Positions 43,301 through 53,443 of a DNA stretch of 64,000 bases are shown here, piece by piece (the first letter of the stretch is position 1; every line of letters starts with the position of its first letter). This DNA is from an uncultured Gemmatimonadaceae bacterium (GTDB taxonomy: Bacteria; Gemmatimonadota; Gemmatimonadetes; Gemmatimonadales; Gemmatimonadaceae), in NCBI GenBank assembly GCA_963740355.1, contig CAVUDW010000002.1, positions 1,280,001-1,344,000 of the forward strand, in the 5' to 3' direction. The translations under genes were made by a program, and so were the position numbers. Under the pieces are notes generated by a model, which was not told the DNA's origin, searched no databases, and was given only the letters and a program-made list of their open reading frames with translations.

Positions 43301-43466
43301 GCCGGTCCGCGTGTATGTCTCGGGCGACAACCTGCTCCTCTTCACGCCGTACACCGGCTACGACCCGGAAGTGTTCATCGATTCCGGCCTGGCCTCACGC
43401 GGCATCGACTACCTGTCGTACCCGCGCGCCCGGACCTTTACGACCGGTTTCCGCATTCAGTTCTGA
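40365..43466 (+). CDS. susC: SusC/RagA family TonB-dependent outer membrane transporter
   Basis: VVVTGYGSQRK, IRIRGGTS, DPLYVIDGVP, SusC signature VLKDAAATAIYGSRGANGVVLIETKKG, RRDGSSRFG, NPDLKWE, YPRART...F. SD AGGAG at 40351. Confidence 0.95.
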   Translation: MKVIRGLMAAAVGGLLMAHPLQAQGARGAISGRVVDSTSQLPMQSVTVTIEGTQRGAITRVDGGFTLADLPAGTARLRVTRIGYTPQVKDVSVVPGQTATVRFTMQAVAANLGAVVVTGYGSQRKEAVTGSVATINADEANVGVVSNPTQLLAARAPGVNVTLNSGEPGAGAQIRIRGGTSISASNDPLYVIDGVPLQNNESEARGYGIGGSPALGRNPLNAINPSDIASVTVLKDAAATAIYGSRGANGVVLIETKKGRPGAATMEYETYAAFGQAANSLNFLTGSEYRSFIQDQITKGTLPASRLASQGTANTDWENETRRTSLTQNHNLSFAGGNQSTTFRASLNFADQQGIVVSNGFKRLQARLNGSHEALNGRLRIGLNLSSSRIENDYLPFENTGGFEGGVFQNVAVFNPTRPVYVTDPVTQQQRFYEIGTGRQSVRNPVALAFQTLDEGQTMRTLANVTSSFSIFPSLIAQLNVGSDRSNGQRNVYLPKDGAVGSEFGGLAQQSQRALSNQTLQTLLTWSPTVGHEADFDIVGGYEYTDFDNTDFSAQSQGFTTDAFTFNNLGAGARPQIPQSYQEQSRLVSFFTRANVGYKNKYFLTGVLRRDGSSRFGTANKWAVFPALSGSWLISDESFAKGLPFSQLKLRAGYGLQGNQAVAPYASLPSLAPDGGARYVFGNTTYTGIVPNVNANPDLKWEQSAQSNIAFDYGFMDGKFSGSLEYYNKKTTDLLLTVPISQTGSAFVSTQLQNIGSVSNKGLEFSMDARMYERAGRGLNLTAGLVFSVERNKVLDLGPASFIETGGVSGQGQTGVNSQRIIPGQPIGTFYGFEFAGFNTTGQQLFNTYTVVKDADGNITSRTKSGTSIAPGSDDKVIIGNANPNFSLGLRSNATWHGFDASWLWRAEQGRDVFNNTDLVYGTKANVTQDKNFLRSALSSPEGLTEPSQYSSRYVENGSFVRLQNVTIGYSFKLPAGQKPVRVYVSGDNLLLFTPYTGYDPEVFIDSGLASRGIDYLSYPRARTFTTGFRIQF

Positions 43467-43532
43467 AGCAGGACAACGGTTCCGCTCTGATTTTTGCTTG
43501 ACTTCCTACCTGTTTCATTGAGGCGAATGCGA

Positions 43533-45110
43533 ATGTCTCTGTTGCGAAACCCGATCCGCATGGCGCGCCTTGGCGCGCTCATGCTGGTCCCCGTCGGTCT
43601 GATGGTCGGTTGCACCGACCTGAAGGAGACCCCGACGAGCCTGATCACGAAGGACACGTTCTACAAGAATTCCGATGAGGTGTTCGCCGGCTTGACGTCG
43701 GTGTATGCCAACCTTCGGAACAACATGGAGGACTACTACGCCCTCAACTCGATCAGCTCCGCCGAGGGTGTCGTGCCCGTGCGTGGTGGTGACTGGTTCG
43801 ACAACGGCGCGTGGCTCGAACTCCACCGTCAGGGCTGGACGCCGACCAGCGTGACCGGTCTGCGCGAAGTCTCGAACATCTGGAACCAGCAGTACGCCGG
43901 TGTGGCTCGCGCCAACATCGTGCTCGAAGCGCTCGACAACGTCACGATCCCGAACCAGGCCGCCATCAAGGCCGAACTCCGGGCCCTCCGGGCGCTGTAC
44001 TACATGCAGCTGATGGACGTGTACGGCGGCGTGCCGATTGCCACCGACACGAAGGTCGAGCAGCGCGATCCGAAGACGCGCGCTGAAGTCTTCGCGTTTG
44101 TCGAGACCGAGCTCAAGGCCGCTCGTGCCGACCTGCCGAAGACCTGGCCCGATCAGCAGGGTCGCCTCACCCGCGGCGCTGCCGATGCCATGCTCGCCAG
44201 CCTGTACCTGAATGCGCGAGTCTGGGGTGGAACTCCGACGGCTACGGGCATCACGCTCGGCGCCGCCAAGTGGACCGAAGCGTCGGCATTCGCCGACAGC
44301 GTGATCAACAACGGCAACTACTCGTTGGCTGGCGCGTCGTACTCCAATGCCTGCGGTACGGGCTTCAAGGCGACGTTCTGCTTCACCAACCAGGATTCGC
44401 CTGAGAACGTGTTCGTCGTGCGCGGCAAGGCAGTTGACGGCCTCGGCTTCAACCGCCAGTACAACGCCCTGCACTACAACAGCTTCGCTGGTGGTGGTGG
44501 CTGGAACGGCTGGTCGATCGTGGAGCAGACGTACAATGCGTTTGACCCGTCCGACGTCCGTCGCACGACGATTCTCGCTGGCCCGCAGGTGGACCTGTTC
44601 ACCGGCGCACCGGTCAACAACCGTCAGGGCACGCGACTCATCTTCACCGCAACCATTGCTGACATCACGGCTGCGAACGAAGGCGAAGGCGTCCGGCTCT
44701 ACAAGTTCCCGCTCGATCCGAACCGTGCCGGCAACGCCAGCGGCAACGACTTCACGATCTATCGCCTCGCCGAGATGTACCTGATCAAGGCCGAAGCGCA
44801 GAATGAACTGGGCAATGGTGCCGCCGCTGCTGCGGCGCTCAACATCGTCCGCGCTCGCGCCTTCCCGGGCGATGCGTCCAAGCTCATCGCCTTCACCAGT
44901 CAAGCGCAGATGCGCGCCGCCATCTTCGCTGAGCGCGTGTTCGAGCTCACCGGCGAAGGCAAGCGTCGCCAGGACCAGATCCGCGAGGGTACCTACACCT
45001 CCGGCACCTGGTTCGGGAAGACGGCAACGCCGGCCTTCAAGGTCGTCCTGCCCATCCCGCTGGCGCAGATCAACACCAACCCGAAGCTCGTTCAGAACCC
45101 GGGTTACTGA
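43533..45110 (+). CDS. susD: SusD/RagB family lipoprotein
   Basis: Lipobox LMVGC, LRALYY..LMD.YG.VP, YRLAEMYLIKAEA, ER.FEL.GEG.RRQDQIR, C-terminal QNPGY. Directly follows susC. Confidence 0.95.
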   Translation: MSLLRNPIRMARLGALMLVPVGLMVGCTDLKETPTSLITKDTFYKNSDEVFAGLTSVYANLRNNMEDYYALNSISSAEGVVPVRGGDWFDNGAWLELHRQGWTPTSVTGLREVSNIWNQQYAGVARANIVLEALDNVTIPNQAAIKAELRALRALYYMQLMDVYGGVPIATDTKVEQRDPKTRAEVFAFVETELKAARADLPKTWPDQQGRLTRGAADAMLASLYLNARVWGGTPTATGITLGAAKWTEASAFADSVINNGNYSLAGASYSNACGTGFKATFCFTNQDSPENVFVVRGKAVDGLGFNRQYNALHYNSFAGGGGWNGWSIVEQTYNAFDPSDVRRTTILAGPQVDLFTGAPVNNRQGTRLIFTATIADITAANEGEGVRLYKFPLDPNRAGNASGNDFTIYRLAEMYLIKAEAQNELGNGAAAAAALNIVRARAFPGDASKLIAFTSQAQMRAAIFAERVFELTGEGKRRQDQIREGTYTSGTWFGKTATPAFKVVLPIPLAQINTNPKLVQNPGY

Positions 45111-45143
45111 TCGCTGCTGGGCAATTGAAGTTGTGGTAACTTT

Positions 45144-45186
45144 CAGGGCCTGCACCGGTACACCGGTGCAGGCCCTGTTGTTTATT
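45144..45186 (+). terminator. Intra-operon intrinsic terminator/attenuator after susD
   Basis: CAGGGCCTGCACCGG-TACA-CCGGTGCAGGCCCTG followed by TTGTTTATT. Confidence 0.85.
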
Positions 45187-45244
45187 CGAACGCATCTGGC
45201 GCGGTGGCCCGCGCCATTCTCATCGATGAAGCGAAGAACGCGGC

Positions 45245-48200
45245 ATGAGTGACAGATCGACGGTTGTGCGGAGGGCGTGTCTCACGCTGCTCTGCCTCTC
45301 CGCTGGCTGCAAGGGCGAGACTGCAGCGACGAAGGCCCCCGAGGTGCAGCGATCAGCGAACGCGCCGTCCGTAGACGGCACGCTGTTCACGAAGATGCCT
45401 TCGGCCTACACGGGCGTACGATTCGAGAACCGGATCACCGAGACGGATTCGCTGAACGTCTTCGTCTACCGCAATTTTTACAATGGCGGTGGCGTCGCGA
45501 TCGGCGACCTGAATGGTGACAGCCTGCCGGAAGTGATCCTTGGCAGCAACCTCAAGGGTCCGGCCGTCTTCCTCAATGAAGGCAAGTTCCGGTTCCGGGA
45601 CGTCACGACAGCATCACATCTCGTGACGACCAAGCCGTGGACGACGGGGCTGGCCCTCGCCGATGTGAATGGCGACGGCAAGCTGGATGTCTACGTCAGC
45701 CACGCGGGCACTGGCAGCGCCGAGAGTCGTCAGAACGAGCTCTGGATCAACGAAGGGAACGACGCAAACGGCGTGCCGACCTTCTCGGAACAGGCGGCGA
45801 AGTACGGCATTGCCGACGATGGCTTCACCACGCAGGCCGCCTTCCTCGACTACGACCGCGACGGCGACCTCGATCTCATCGTCATCAACAACTCGCCCCG
45901 TCCCGCCAGCAGCTTCGGCCTGCGCAACACCCGGGCGGAGCGCAATCACAACGGCGGCGATCGACTCTATCGCAATGATGGCGGGAAGTTCACCGACGTC
46001 AGCGAGAAGGCGGGAATCTTTGGCAGTGAAGTCGGCTTCGGACTTGGCCTCGGCGTGGCCGACATCAACCACGATGGCTGGCCGGATATCTACATCTCGA
46101 ACGACTTCTTCGAGCACGACTACATCTACCTGAACAATCACGACGGCACGTTCCGCGAGGTGATGCAGTCGGCGCTCGCGAATAGCAGCTACTTCTCGAT
46201 GGGCATGGACATCGCGGACGTGGACAATGATGGCCAGGATGACATCTACACGACCGACATGTTCCCGGAGGACGAGTACCGCCTTCGCACCACGACATCT
46301 TTTGACGGCTGGGACGTGTACCAGGCCAAGCTGCGCAATGACTATGGCCACCAGTTCATGCGCAACATGCTCCAGCACAACAATGCGGACGGCACGTTCA
46401 GCGATGTGGGACAGATGGCTGGTGTGTCGCGCACCGATTGGAGCTGGAGCGCCCTCATCACCGATCTCGATCTCGATGGCCGGAAGGACATCTACGTCAC
46501 CAATGGGTTGCTCCGGGATGTGACGTCGCAGGAGTACCTCGCCTTCATCGCCAACAACACCGAGACAGCGCGGCAGGTGACGACGGGTGGCAAGGTGGAC
46601 TTCATGGCGCTCACCAACGCGATGAGCACCACGCCGATCGCCGACTACATGTTCCGCAATGACGGCGGGCTGCATTTCAGCAATCAGGCCAGGGCTTGGG
46701 GCCTCGACACACCCAACATCTCCAGTGGCGCCGCCTACGGTGACCTGGACGGCGACGGTGCGCTCGACCTGGTGGTGAACAATGCGAATCTCGAGTCGTT
46801 CATCTACCGCAACAACGCGCGGACGCTGAACCCGGCGAACCACTTCGTGCAGGTACAGCTCGAAGGCACGGGCCTGAATCGCTTCGCCATCGGCGCGCGC
46901 GTCACGCTCTGGAGCGGGGCTGAACGCTTCGTGCAGGAGCAGTCGCCGGTCCGCGGGTTCCAATCGAGCATGGATTACACGCTCACCTTCGGTGTCGGTA
47001 GCAAGGCGACGCTCGATTCGCTCACGGTCGACTGGCCTGACGGCAAGCACAGCCAGCAGTCGGCGATCGCTGGCAACAGTCGTGTGACGATGAAATACGC
47101 GTCGGCGGCCGCCGGGTCGACGACAGCACCTGTCCCGCCCGTGACGATCCTCGCCGATGTCACGAAGGCGGCCGCGATCGGGTTCACGCACCGCGAGAGC
47201 GATTTCGTGGACTTCGATCGCGAGCGGCTGATTCCCCGGATGCTGTCGACGGATGGCCCGGCCGCTGCCACCGGCGATGTGAATGGCGACGGCCTGGACG
47301 ACCTGTTCATCGGCGGGGCCAAGGATCAGGCGGGACAACTCCTGCTGCAGCGCCCAGACGGCACCTTCGCACCGAGCAACGCGGGTCTCTTCGAGCAGGA
47401 CGCCGTGTCAGAGGATGTCGGCGCACTCTTCTTCGACGCCAACGGCGACAAGTACCCCGACCTCTATGTGGTCAGCGGCAGCAACGAATACGCACAAGGC
47501 GCGTCTGCCTTGCAGGATCGTCTCTACCTGAACGATGGCCGCGGCAACTTCCGCAAGACGACCGACGCACTGCCCGTCGAGGCGAACAGTGGCTCGCGCG
47601 TGACAGCGGCCGACTATGACGGCGACGGTGACCTCGACCTCTTCGTCGGCAGCCGCAGCATTCCGTGGCGCTACGGCATCGATCCCGTGAGCATGCTGCT
47701 GCGCAATGATGGCAAGGGGCACTTCACCGACGTCACCACACAGCTGGCTCCGGCCCTGGCGACCGTCGGCATGGTGACGGATGCCACCTGGCAGGATGTC
47801 GATGGCGACCGTCGCCCGGATCTCGTCGTGGTCGGCGAGTGGATGCCGATCACGGTCTTCCACAACGCGGGCGGTGGGCGCCTCGTGAAGGCCACCGTGC
47901 GCGGCCTGGAACAGAGCAGCGGCTGGTGGAACCGGATCGTCGCCGGTGATTTCAACGGCGACGGCAAGATCGATTTCATCGTCGGCAACCTCGGGCTCAA
48001 CAGTCGACTGCGTCGCCACCCCGGCCGAGCCCACGACGATGTACGTGAAGGACTTCGATGGCAACGGCTTTGCCGACCAGATCATCGCCTGCTTCAGCCA
48101 CGGCAAGAGTTATCCGCTGGTGCTGCGCGATGAGATGATCAAGGCGTTGCCGCCCCTCAAGGTGCGGTTCCTCAGCTACACCGACTACGCCAAGGCCGGG

Positions 48201-48638
48201 GTCAACGACATCTTCAAGCCCGAAGACCTCGCCGATGCCGTGAAGAAGAAGGCCGAGACTTTCGCCAGTGCCTTCATGCGCAACAACGGCGATGGTTCCT
48301 TCACGCTGGTGCCGCTGCCGGACGACGCGCAACTGGCGCCGATCTACGGTATCGCTGTCGACGATGTGGATGGCGATGGCATCAACGACCTGCTGCTGGG
48401 CGGAAATTTCGATGGGGTAAAGCCTGACATCGCACGGCTCAGCGAGTCGTATGGTGTGGTGTTGCGCGGCGCGAAGAACGGCACGTTTACGGCGGTGTCC
48501 CGGAACTCGAGTGGATTTTTCGTGCCTGGACAGACCCGCGAGATCCTGCGCGTCCGATCACGTGATGGTGATCGCATCGTGGTCGCGCGCAACAATGACA
48601 AGCCTCTCGTCTTCCGATCTAACGGAGCCAAACAATGA
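45245..48638 (+). pseudogene. FG-GAP/VCBS repeat + ASPIC/UnbV lipoprotein, split by one extra base near 48011-48022 (pseudogene or sequencing error)
   Basis: ORF 45245-48133 is colinear with paralog 50054-53443 up to NLGLNSRL. Homology continues in ORF 47946-48638 (ATPAEPTTMYV...). The joined length would be 1130 aa. Confidence 0.8.
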
Positions 48639-50044
48639 GCAGAGTTGTGAATTCCGCAGCGCTGGTGCTGCTCGGCGTCGTGCTGGCCGGCTGTAAGGGA
48701 CCGGCTGGTGGTACGCAGCCAGCCAAGCCTGCCGGTGGCAGCGAAGCGACCAGCGCAGTAGCGGGCGCGCCCGTCTCCAGCACCGACGCAGAGCCGCTGC
48801 ATGACGCGGTGAAGCAAGTCAATGACGTCATCGTCTACGACATCTTCAGCCCGGTGCAGGCGAGCCGCGTCTATGCATACGCGAGCGTGGCTGCCTATGA
48901 GGTGCTGCGCCAGGCCGACACGTCGTACCACTCGTTGGCTGGCCAACTCAACCAGCTGTCGCCGGTACCGACTCCACCGGCCGGCGTCGAGATCTCACTA
49001 CCGCTCGCGGGCGTGCATGCCTACATGGCCGTCGGCCGCGCGCTGACCTTTTCGCAGGCCCGGCTTGATACGCTGCGGAAGGCGATGGACCAGCGGCTGC
49101 GCACAGGGCTCTCGGTCGATGTGTACAACCAATCCATCGCGTACGGCGACACGGTCGCGAAATTCGTGCTCGCCTGGGCAGGTAAGGATCACTACCGGGA
49201 GACGCGCGGCATGCCGAAGTACAGTGTGCTGCGGACGCCTGGTCGATGGATTCCCACGCCACCAGCGTACATGGACGGCGTGGAACCGAACTGGGGAGTG
49301 CTGCGGGCCTTTGTGATGGATACGTCAAATCAGTTCAAGCCGGCACCGCCATTCGCATGGGATACCACGAAGAACAGTCCGTTCATGCGCGAGGCCGCCG
49401 AGGTGTACCGCGTTGGCGTGAATCTGACTGACGAGCAACGTGCGATCGCCGCCTTCTGGGACTGCAATCCCTTCGTGATGCACGTGCAGGGGCACACCAT
49501 GTTCGCCACCAAGAAGATGTCGCCAGGTGGACACTGGATGGGCATCGTCCGATTGGCGTCACACAAGGCGAATGCGAATATGACGCGTTCCGCTGAGGCG
49601 TATGCGCGCACCGCGATCGCGCTGTCCGAGGCGTTTCTCAGTATCTGGGCCGAGAAATACCGGAGTAACGTGATTCGCCCGGAGACCGTCATCCAGACCT
49701 ACATCGATGAAAAGTGGGAGCCTGTGCTCCAGACGCCTCCGTTCCCGGAGTACACCAGCGGCCACAGCGGGATCTCGACCGCCGCATCAGTTGTGCTGAC
49801 GGACTTCTTCGGCGACAAGTTCTCGTTCGCGGATTCCACCGAAGTCGAGTACGGGTTGCCGGTGCGGTCGTTCCCGTCTTTTGACGCCGCCGCGAAGGAG
49901 GCGGCCATCAGCCGGCTGTACGGCGGCATCCACTACCGGCGCGCGGTCGAGCAAGGCCAGGTGCAGGGGAAGCAGGTGGGTGAGTACGTCGTGTCGAAGG
50001 TCGTGACGCGTGGACCGCGTCCGACAGTCACCGCGGCGAAGTAG
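48635..50044 (+). CDS. Vanadium-dependent haloperoxidase / PAP2 acid phosphatase family lipoprotein
   Basis: Three vanadate/phosphate-binding motifs: KYRSNVIRP, PPFPEYTSGHS, SRLYGGIHY. Lipobox VLAGC. ATGA overlap with the upstream gene. Confidence 0.9.
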   Translation: MSRVVNSAALVLLGVVLAGCKGPAGGTQPAKPAGGSEATSAVAGAPVSSTDAEPLHDAVKQVNDVIVYDIFSPVQASRVYAYASVAAYEVLRQADTSYHSLAGQLNQLSPVPTPPAGVEISLPLAGVHAYMAVGRALTFSQARLDTLRKAMDQRLRTGLSVDVYNQSIAYGDTVAKFVLAWAGKDHYRETRGMPKYSVLRTPGRWIPTPPAYMDGVEPNWGVLRAFVMDTSNQFKPAPPFAWDTTKNSPFMREAAEVYRVGVNLTDEQRAIAAFWDCNPFVMHVQGHTMFATKKMSPGGHWMGIVRLASHKANANMTRSAEAYARTAIALSEAFLSIWAEKYRSNVIRPETVIQTYIDEKWEPVLQTPPFPEYTSGHSGISTAASVVLTDFFGDKFSFADSTEVEYGLPVRSFPSFDAAAKEAAISRLYGGIHYRRAVEQGQVQGKQVGEYVVSKVVTRGPRPTVTAAK

Positions 50045-50053
50045 CGCGGCACC

Positions 50054-53000
50054 TTGGCGACCGTCGTGAAGGCTTTCGAGGCGAGGTCGCGCGTCGCGCG
50101 TGCCACCATCCTGTTGCTGACGGGCAGCATGCTCCAGACGGCCTGTGAGCGCTCGGCGCCTGGTACCGATGCGACGAAGGGCCCGCCGGTGGCGGCGACG
50201 CCAGCCGGGCCGGTCCTGTTCGAAAAGCTCGCGCCGGACAGCACCGGCGTGCGGTTCTCGAATGATTTGCCGGAATCGCCGGAGTTCAACATCCTCAACT
50301 ACCTCTACTACTACAACGGTGGTGGTGTGGCGGTCGGTGATGTGAACGGGGATAGCCTGCCTGATCTCTACTTCTCGTCGAACGTCAACCAGAACCGGCT
50401 CTACCTCAACAAGGGCAATTTCCAGTTCGAGGATGTGACGGAGAAGGCCGGTGTCGGTGGCCCGCCGGGATGGAAGACCGGTGTCACGATGGCCGACGTG
50501 AATGGCGACGGCCGACTGGACATCTATGTCTCAGCGGTGAGCTACCTGTCGATGCACGGGCGGAACATGCTCTACATCAACAATGGTGACGGCACGTTCA
50601 CCGATCGTGCTGACTCGTATGGCCTGGCGCATGTCGGCTTCTCGACGCAGTCCGCGTTCTTCGACTACGATGGCGACGGCGACCTGGACATGTTCCTGCT
50701 CAGCCACTCGACGCACACGGAGCGCGCGATCGGCAATGCGACCAAGCGTGACGTGCGCAATGCACGCGCTGGCGGCCGGCTCTTTCGCAACGACAACGGT
50801 CACTTCTCCGACGTCAGTGCGGAGGCCGGCATCTTCGGCGGCATCGAGGGGTATGGCCTCGGCCTGGTGGTCAGTGACCTCAACCTCGATGGCTGTCCCG
50901 ACGTCTACGTCGCGAATGACTTCCAGGAACAGGACTTTCTTTACTACAACACCTGCAAGAAGCGCTTCGATGAGTCGATCGCGAAGGCCACCGGTCACAC
51001 CAGCCGGTTCTCGATGGGTGTCGATGCGGCTGACGTGAACAACGATGGACGCCCCGACCTGGTGGTCGGCGACATGTTGCCGGAGCGGGAGGACATCCTC
51101 AAGACGTCAGCCAGCTCCGAGGCATACAGTCTCTTCAACCTTCGTGTTCGCGCCGGCTACCACCCGCAGTATGCACGCAACACGCTGCAGCTGAATCGGG
51201 GGAATGGGGAGTTCAGCGAGATCGGGTTTCTGGCGGGTGTCGAGGCCACTGACTGGACATGGTCGTTGCTGTTCGCGGACCTCGACAACGACGGCCTGAA
51301 GGACCTGTTCGTGACCAGCGGGATTTTTCGTCGGCCGAACGACCTCGATTACATCAACTACATCGGCAATGAGTCGGTGCAGGCCTCGCTGGCCAACGGT
51401 GTCACGCGAGAGAACCTGTCGTTGCTGAAGCAGATGCCCACGGTACCGGTGATCAACCATGCCTATCGCAATGACGGAGACCTGCACTTCTCCGACATGG
51501 CGACGGCGTGGGGCCTCGCGACGCCGGGATACTCGAATGGGTCTGCCTACGTGGACCTCGACAACGATGGCGCGCTCGACCTCGTGATCAACAACTACGA
51601 CGCGCCAGCGTCGATCTTCCGAAACCGTGCGCGAGACCGCGTTGGGAACGGCTACCTCACGGTCACGCTGCGTGGCGATGGCAGGAACACCGCCGGCATC
51701 GGCACCAAGCTGTACCTGACGCAGAAGGGGAAGCGCCAATTCCTCGAGCAGAGCCCCACACGCGGCTTCCAGTCGTCGGTCGACCAGCGCCTGCATTTCG
51801 GCCTCGGTCGCGACAGCCTCGTCGACTCGCTGGTGGTGGTGTGGCCCGATCGCCGGTTTCAGGTGCTGACGAATGTCGCGGGGAACCGGCGGATCACTGT
51901 GTCACAGCGCGAGGCCAGTGGACGCTGGGACTATGCGCGCGGCAGCGTTGCCACACCGCTGTTCTCGGAGATCACCGACAGCGTCGTGACAGGATATGCC
52001 CATGTCGAGAATGACTTCAACGACATGGATCGCGAGCCACTTTTGCCGCACCTGCTCTCGACCGAGGGCCCGGCGCTGGCCGTGGCCGACGTGAATGGCG
52101 ACGGGCTGGATGACATGTTCGTCGGCGGTGCGAAGTGGCAGCCGAGCAAGCTCCTCGTGCAGCAGAAGGACGGCAGCTTCGTTTCCAGCGATGCCCCGGT
52201 GTTCGCTGCCGACAGCATCACGGAAGACGTCGATGCTGCGTTCTTCGACGCCAACAAGGACGGGTATCCCGATCTCTATGTGGTGACGGCGGGCAACGAG
52301 TTCTGGGGTACGATGAACGAGTTGCGTGACCGGCTCTACCTCAACGATGGGACGGGGCACTTCACGAAGTCCACCGACGGCTTGCCAGCGCTGTTCGACA
52401 ATGGATCGTGCGTGGTGCCGGGAGACTTCAACGGCGACGGCAACGTCGATCTTTTCGTCGGATCCCGTGTCGTGGCGAAGGAGTACGGTGTCTCACCGAA
52501 GAGCCACCTGCTGCAAGGTGACGGCAAGGGGCATTTTACCGACGTCACGGAGACGCTCGCACCGGCCCTGTTGACGGCCGGCATGGTGACATCTGCGGCC
52601 TGGCTCGACTACGATCGCGACGGGAAGCTCGACCTGGTGGTTGCGGGCGAGTGGATGCCAGTGCGCGCCTTGCATCAGGAGCGCGGTGCGTTCGTCGATC
52701 GCACGTCGGACGCCGGACTCTCGGGTACGGAAGGGTGGTGGAACCGCGTCACCGCGGCCGACCTCAATGGCGACGGTCGCCTCGACCTCGTCCTCGGAAA
52801 TCTGGGCCTGAATTCGTACCTCACGGCGTCGGCTTCCGAGCCGGCGCAGATGTACGTGTTCGACTTCTTCGGCAACGGCACGCTGAAGCAGATCATCACC
52901 TTCTACAAGCACGGCGTCAGCTATCCGCTGGCAACGCGCGATGAACTGGTGAAGCTGATGCCGCCGCTGCGCGCCAAGTATCCATCGTATCACAAGTTCG

Positions 53001-53443
53001 GCGCGAGTACGGTGAAGGACATCTTCCTCCCCGAAGAAGTGAAGCAGGCCACCGTGCTTTCCGCGAAGACCTTCGCCAGCGCCGTTGCCATTGCGGGGCC
53101 GAATGGGGTCTTCCGCGTGACGCCGCTGCCGCGCGAGGCGCAGTTCGCGCCAGTGTACGCCACGCTCGCTCGCGACCTCGATGGCGACGGCAAGGTGGAC
53201 CTGCTGCTGGGCGGCAATTTCCTCGGCGCACCACCGATCCTCGGCCGGTCCGACGCCAGCTATGGCTTGCTGCTGCACGGCAACGGCGACGGCACATTCG
53301 CAGCTGTGGACATGATGCAAAGCGGGATTCGCCTGCGTGGCGAGATCCGGAACCTGCAAGCAGTGCGACGGGCGGATGGCCGCACCACCATCGTTGCCGC
53401 CCGCAACAACGACCGGTTGGCATTCGTCAGGACTCGACCGTGA
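50054..53443 (+). CDS. FG-GAP/VCBS repeat + ASPIC/UnbV lipoprotein (CRTAC1-like)
   Basis: Many DxNGDGxxD Ca-binding repeats, YYNGGGVA, UnbV-type RGFQSS...LHFGLG...VVWP, lipobox-like QTAC. Start uncertain (TTG 50054 or GTG 50066). Confidence 0.9.
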   Translation: MATVVKAFEARSRVARATILLLTGSMLQTACERSAPGTDATKGPPVAATPAGPVLFEKLAPDSTGVRFSNDLPESPEFNILNYLYYYNGGGVAVGDVNGDSLPDLYFSSNVNQNRLYLNKGNFQFEDVTEKAGVGGPPGWKTGVTMADVNGDGRLDIYVSAVSYLSMHGRNMLYINNGDGTFTDRADSYGLAHVGFSTQSAFFDYDGDGDLDMFLLSHSTHTERAIGNATKRDVRNARAGGRLFRNDNGHFSDVSAEAGIFGGIEGYGLGLVVSDLNLDGCPDVYVANDFQEQDFLYYNTCKKRFDESIAKATGHTSRFSMGVDAADVNNDGRPDLVVGDMLPEREDILKTSASSEAYSLFNLRVRAGYHPQYARNTLQLNRGNGEFSEIGFLAGVEATDWTWSLLFADLDNDGLKDLFVTSGIFRRPNDLDYINYIGNESVQASLANGVTRENLSLLKQMPTVPVINHAYRNDGDLHFSDMATAWGLATPGYSNGSAYVDLDNDGALDLVINNYDAPASIFRNRARDRVGNGYLTVTLRGDGRNTAGIGTKLYLTQKGKRQFLEQSPTRGFQSSVDQRLHFGLGRDSLVDSLVVVWPDRRFQVLTNVAGNRRITVSQREASGRWDYARGSVATPLFSEITDSVVTGYAHVENDFNDMDREPLLPHLLSTEGPALAVADVNGDGLDDMFVGGAKWQPSKLLVQQKDGSFVSSDAPVFAADSITEDVDAAFFDANKDGYPDLYVVTAGNEFWGTMNELRDRLYLNDGTGHFTKSTDGLPALFDNGSCVVPGDFNGDGNVDLFVGSRVVAKEYGVSPKSHLLQGDGKGHFTDVTETLAPALLTAGMVTSAAWLDYDRDGKLDLVVAGEWMPVRALHQERGAFVDRTSDAGLSGTEGWWNRVTAADLNGDGRLDLVLGNLGLNSYLTASASEPAQMYVFDFFGNGTLKQIITFYKHGVSYPLATRDELVKLMPPLRAKYPSYHKFGASTVKDIFLPEEVKQATVLSAKTFASAVAIAGPNGVFRVTPLPREAQFAPVYATLARDLDGDGKVDLLLGGNFLGAPPILGRSDASYGLLLHGNGDGTFAAVDMMQSGIRLRGEIRNLQAVRRADGRTTIVAARNNDRLAFVRTRP

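Noticed and set aside
22113..45177. Intergenic palindromes (22113, 37079, 45144; also 4723, 63427) as a REP/MITE family
   Set aside because: They share no sequence and sit at gene 3' ends, so they are better explained as individual terminators.
48005..48030. Programmed ribosomal frameshift in the first UnbV gene
   Set aside because: No slippery sequence or stimulatory structure is evident, and the paralog is continuous.
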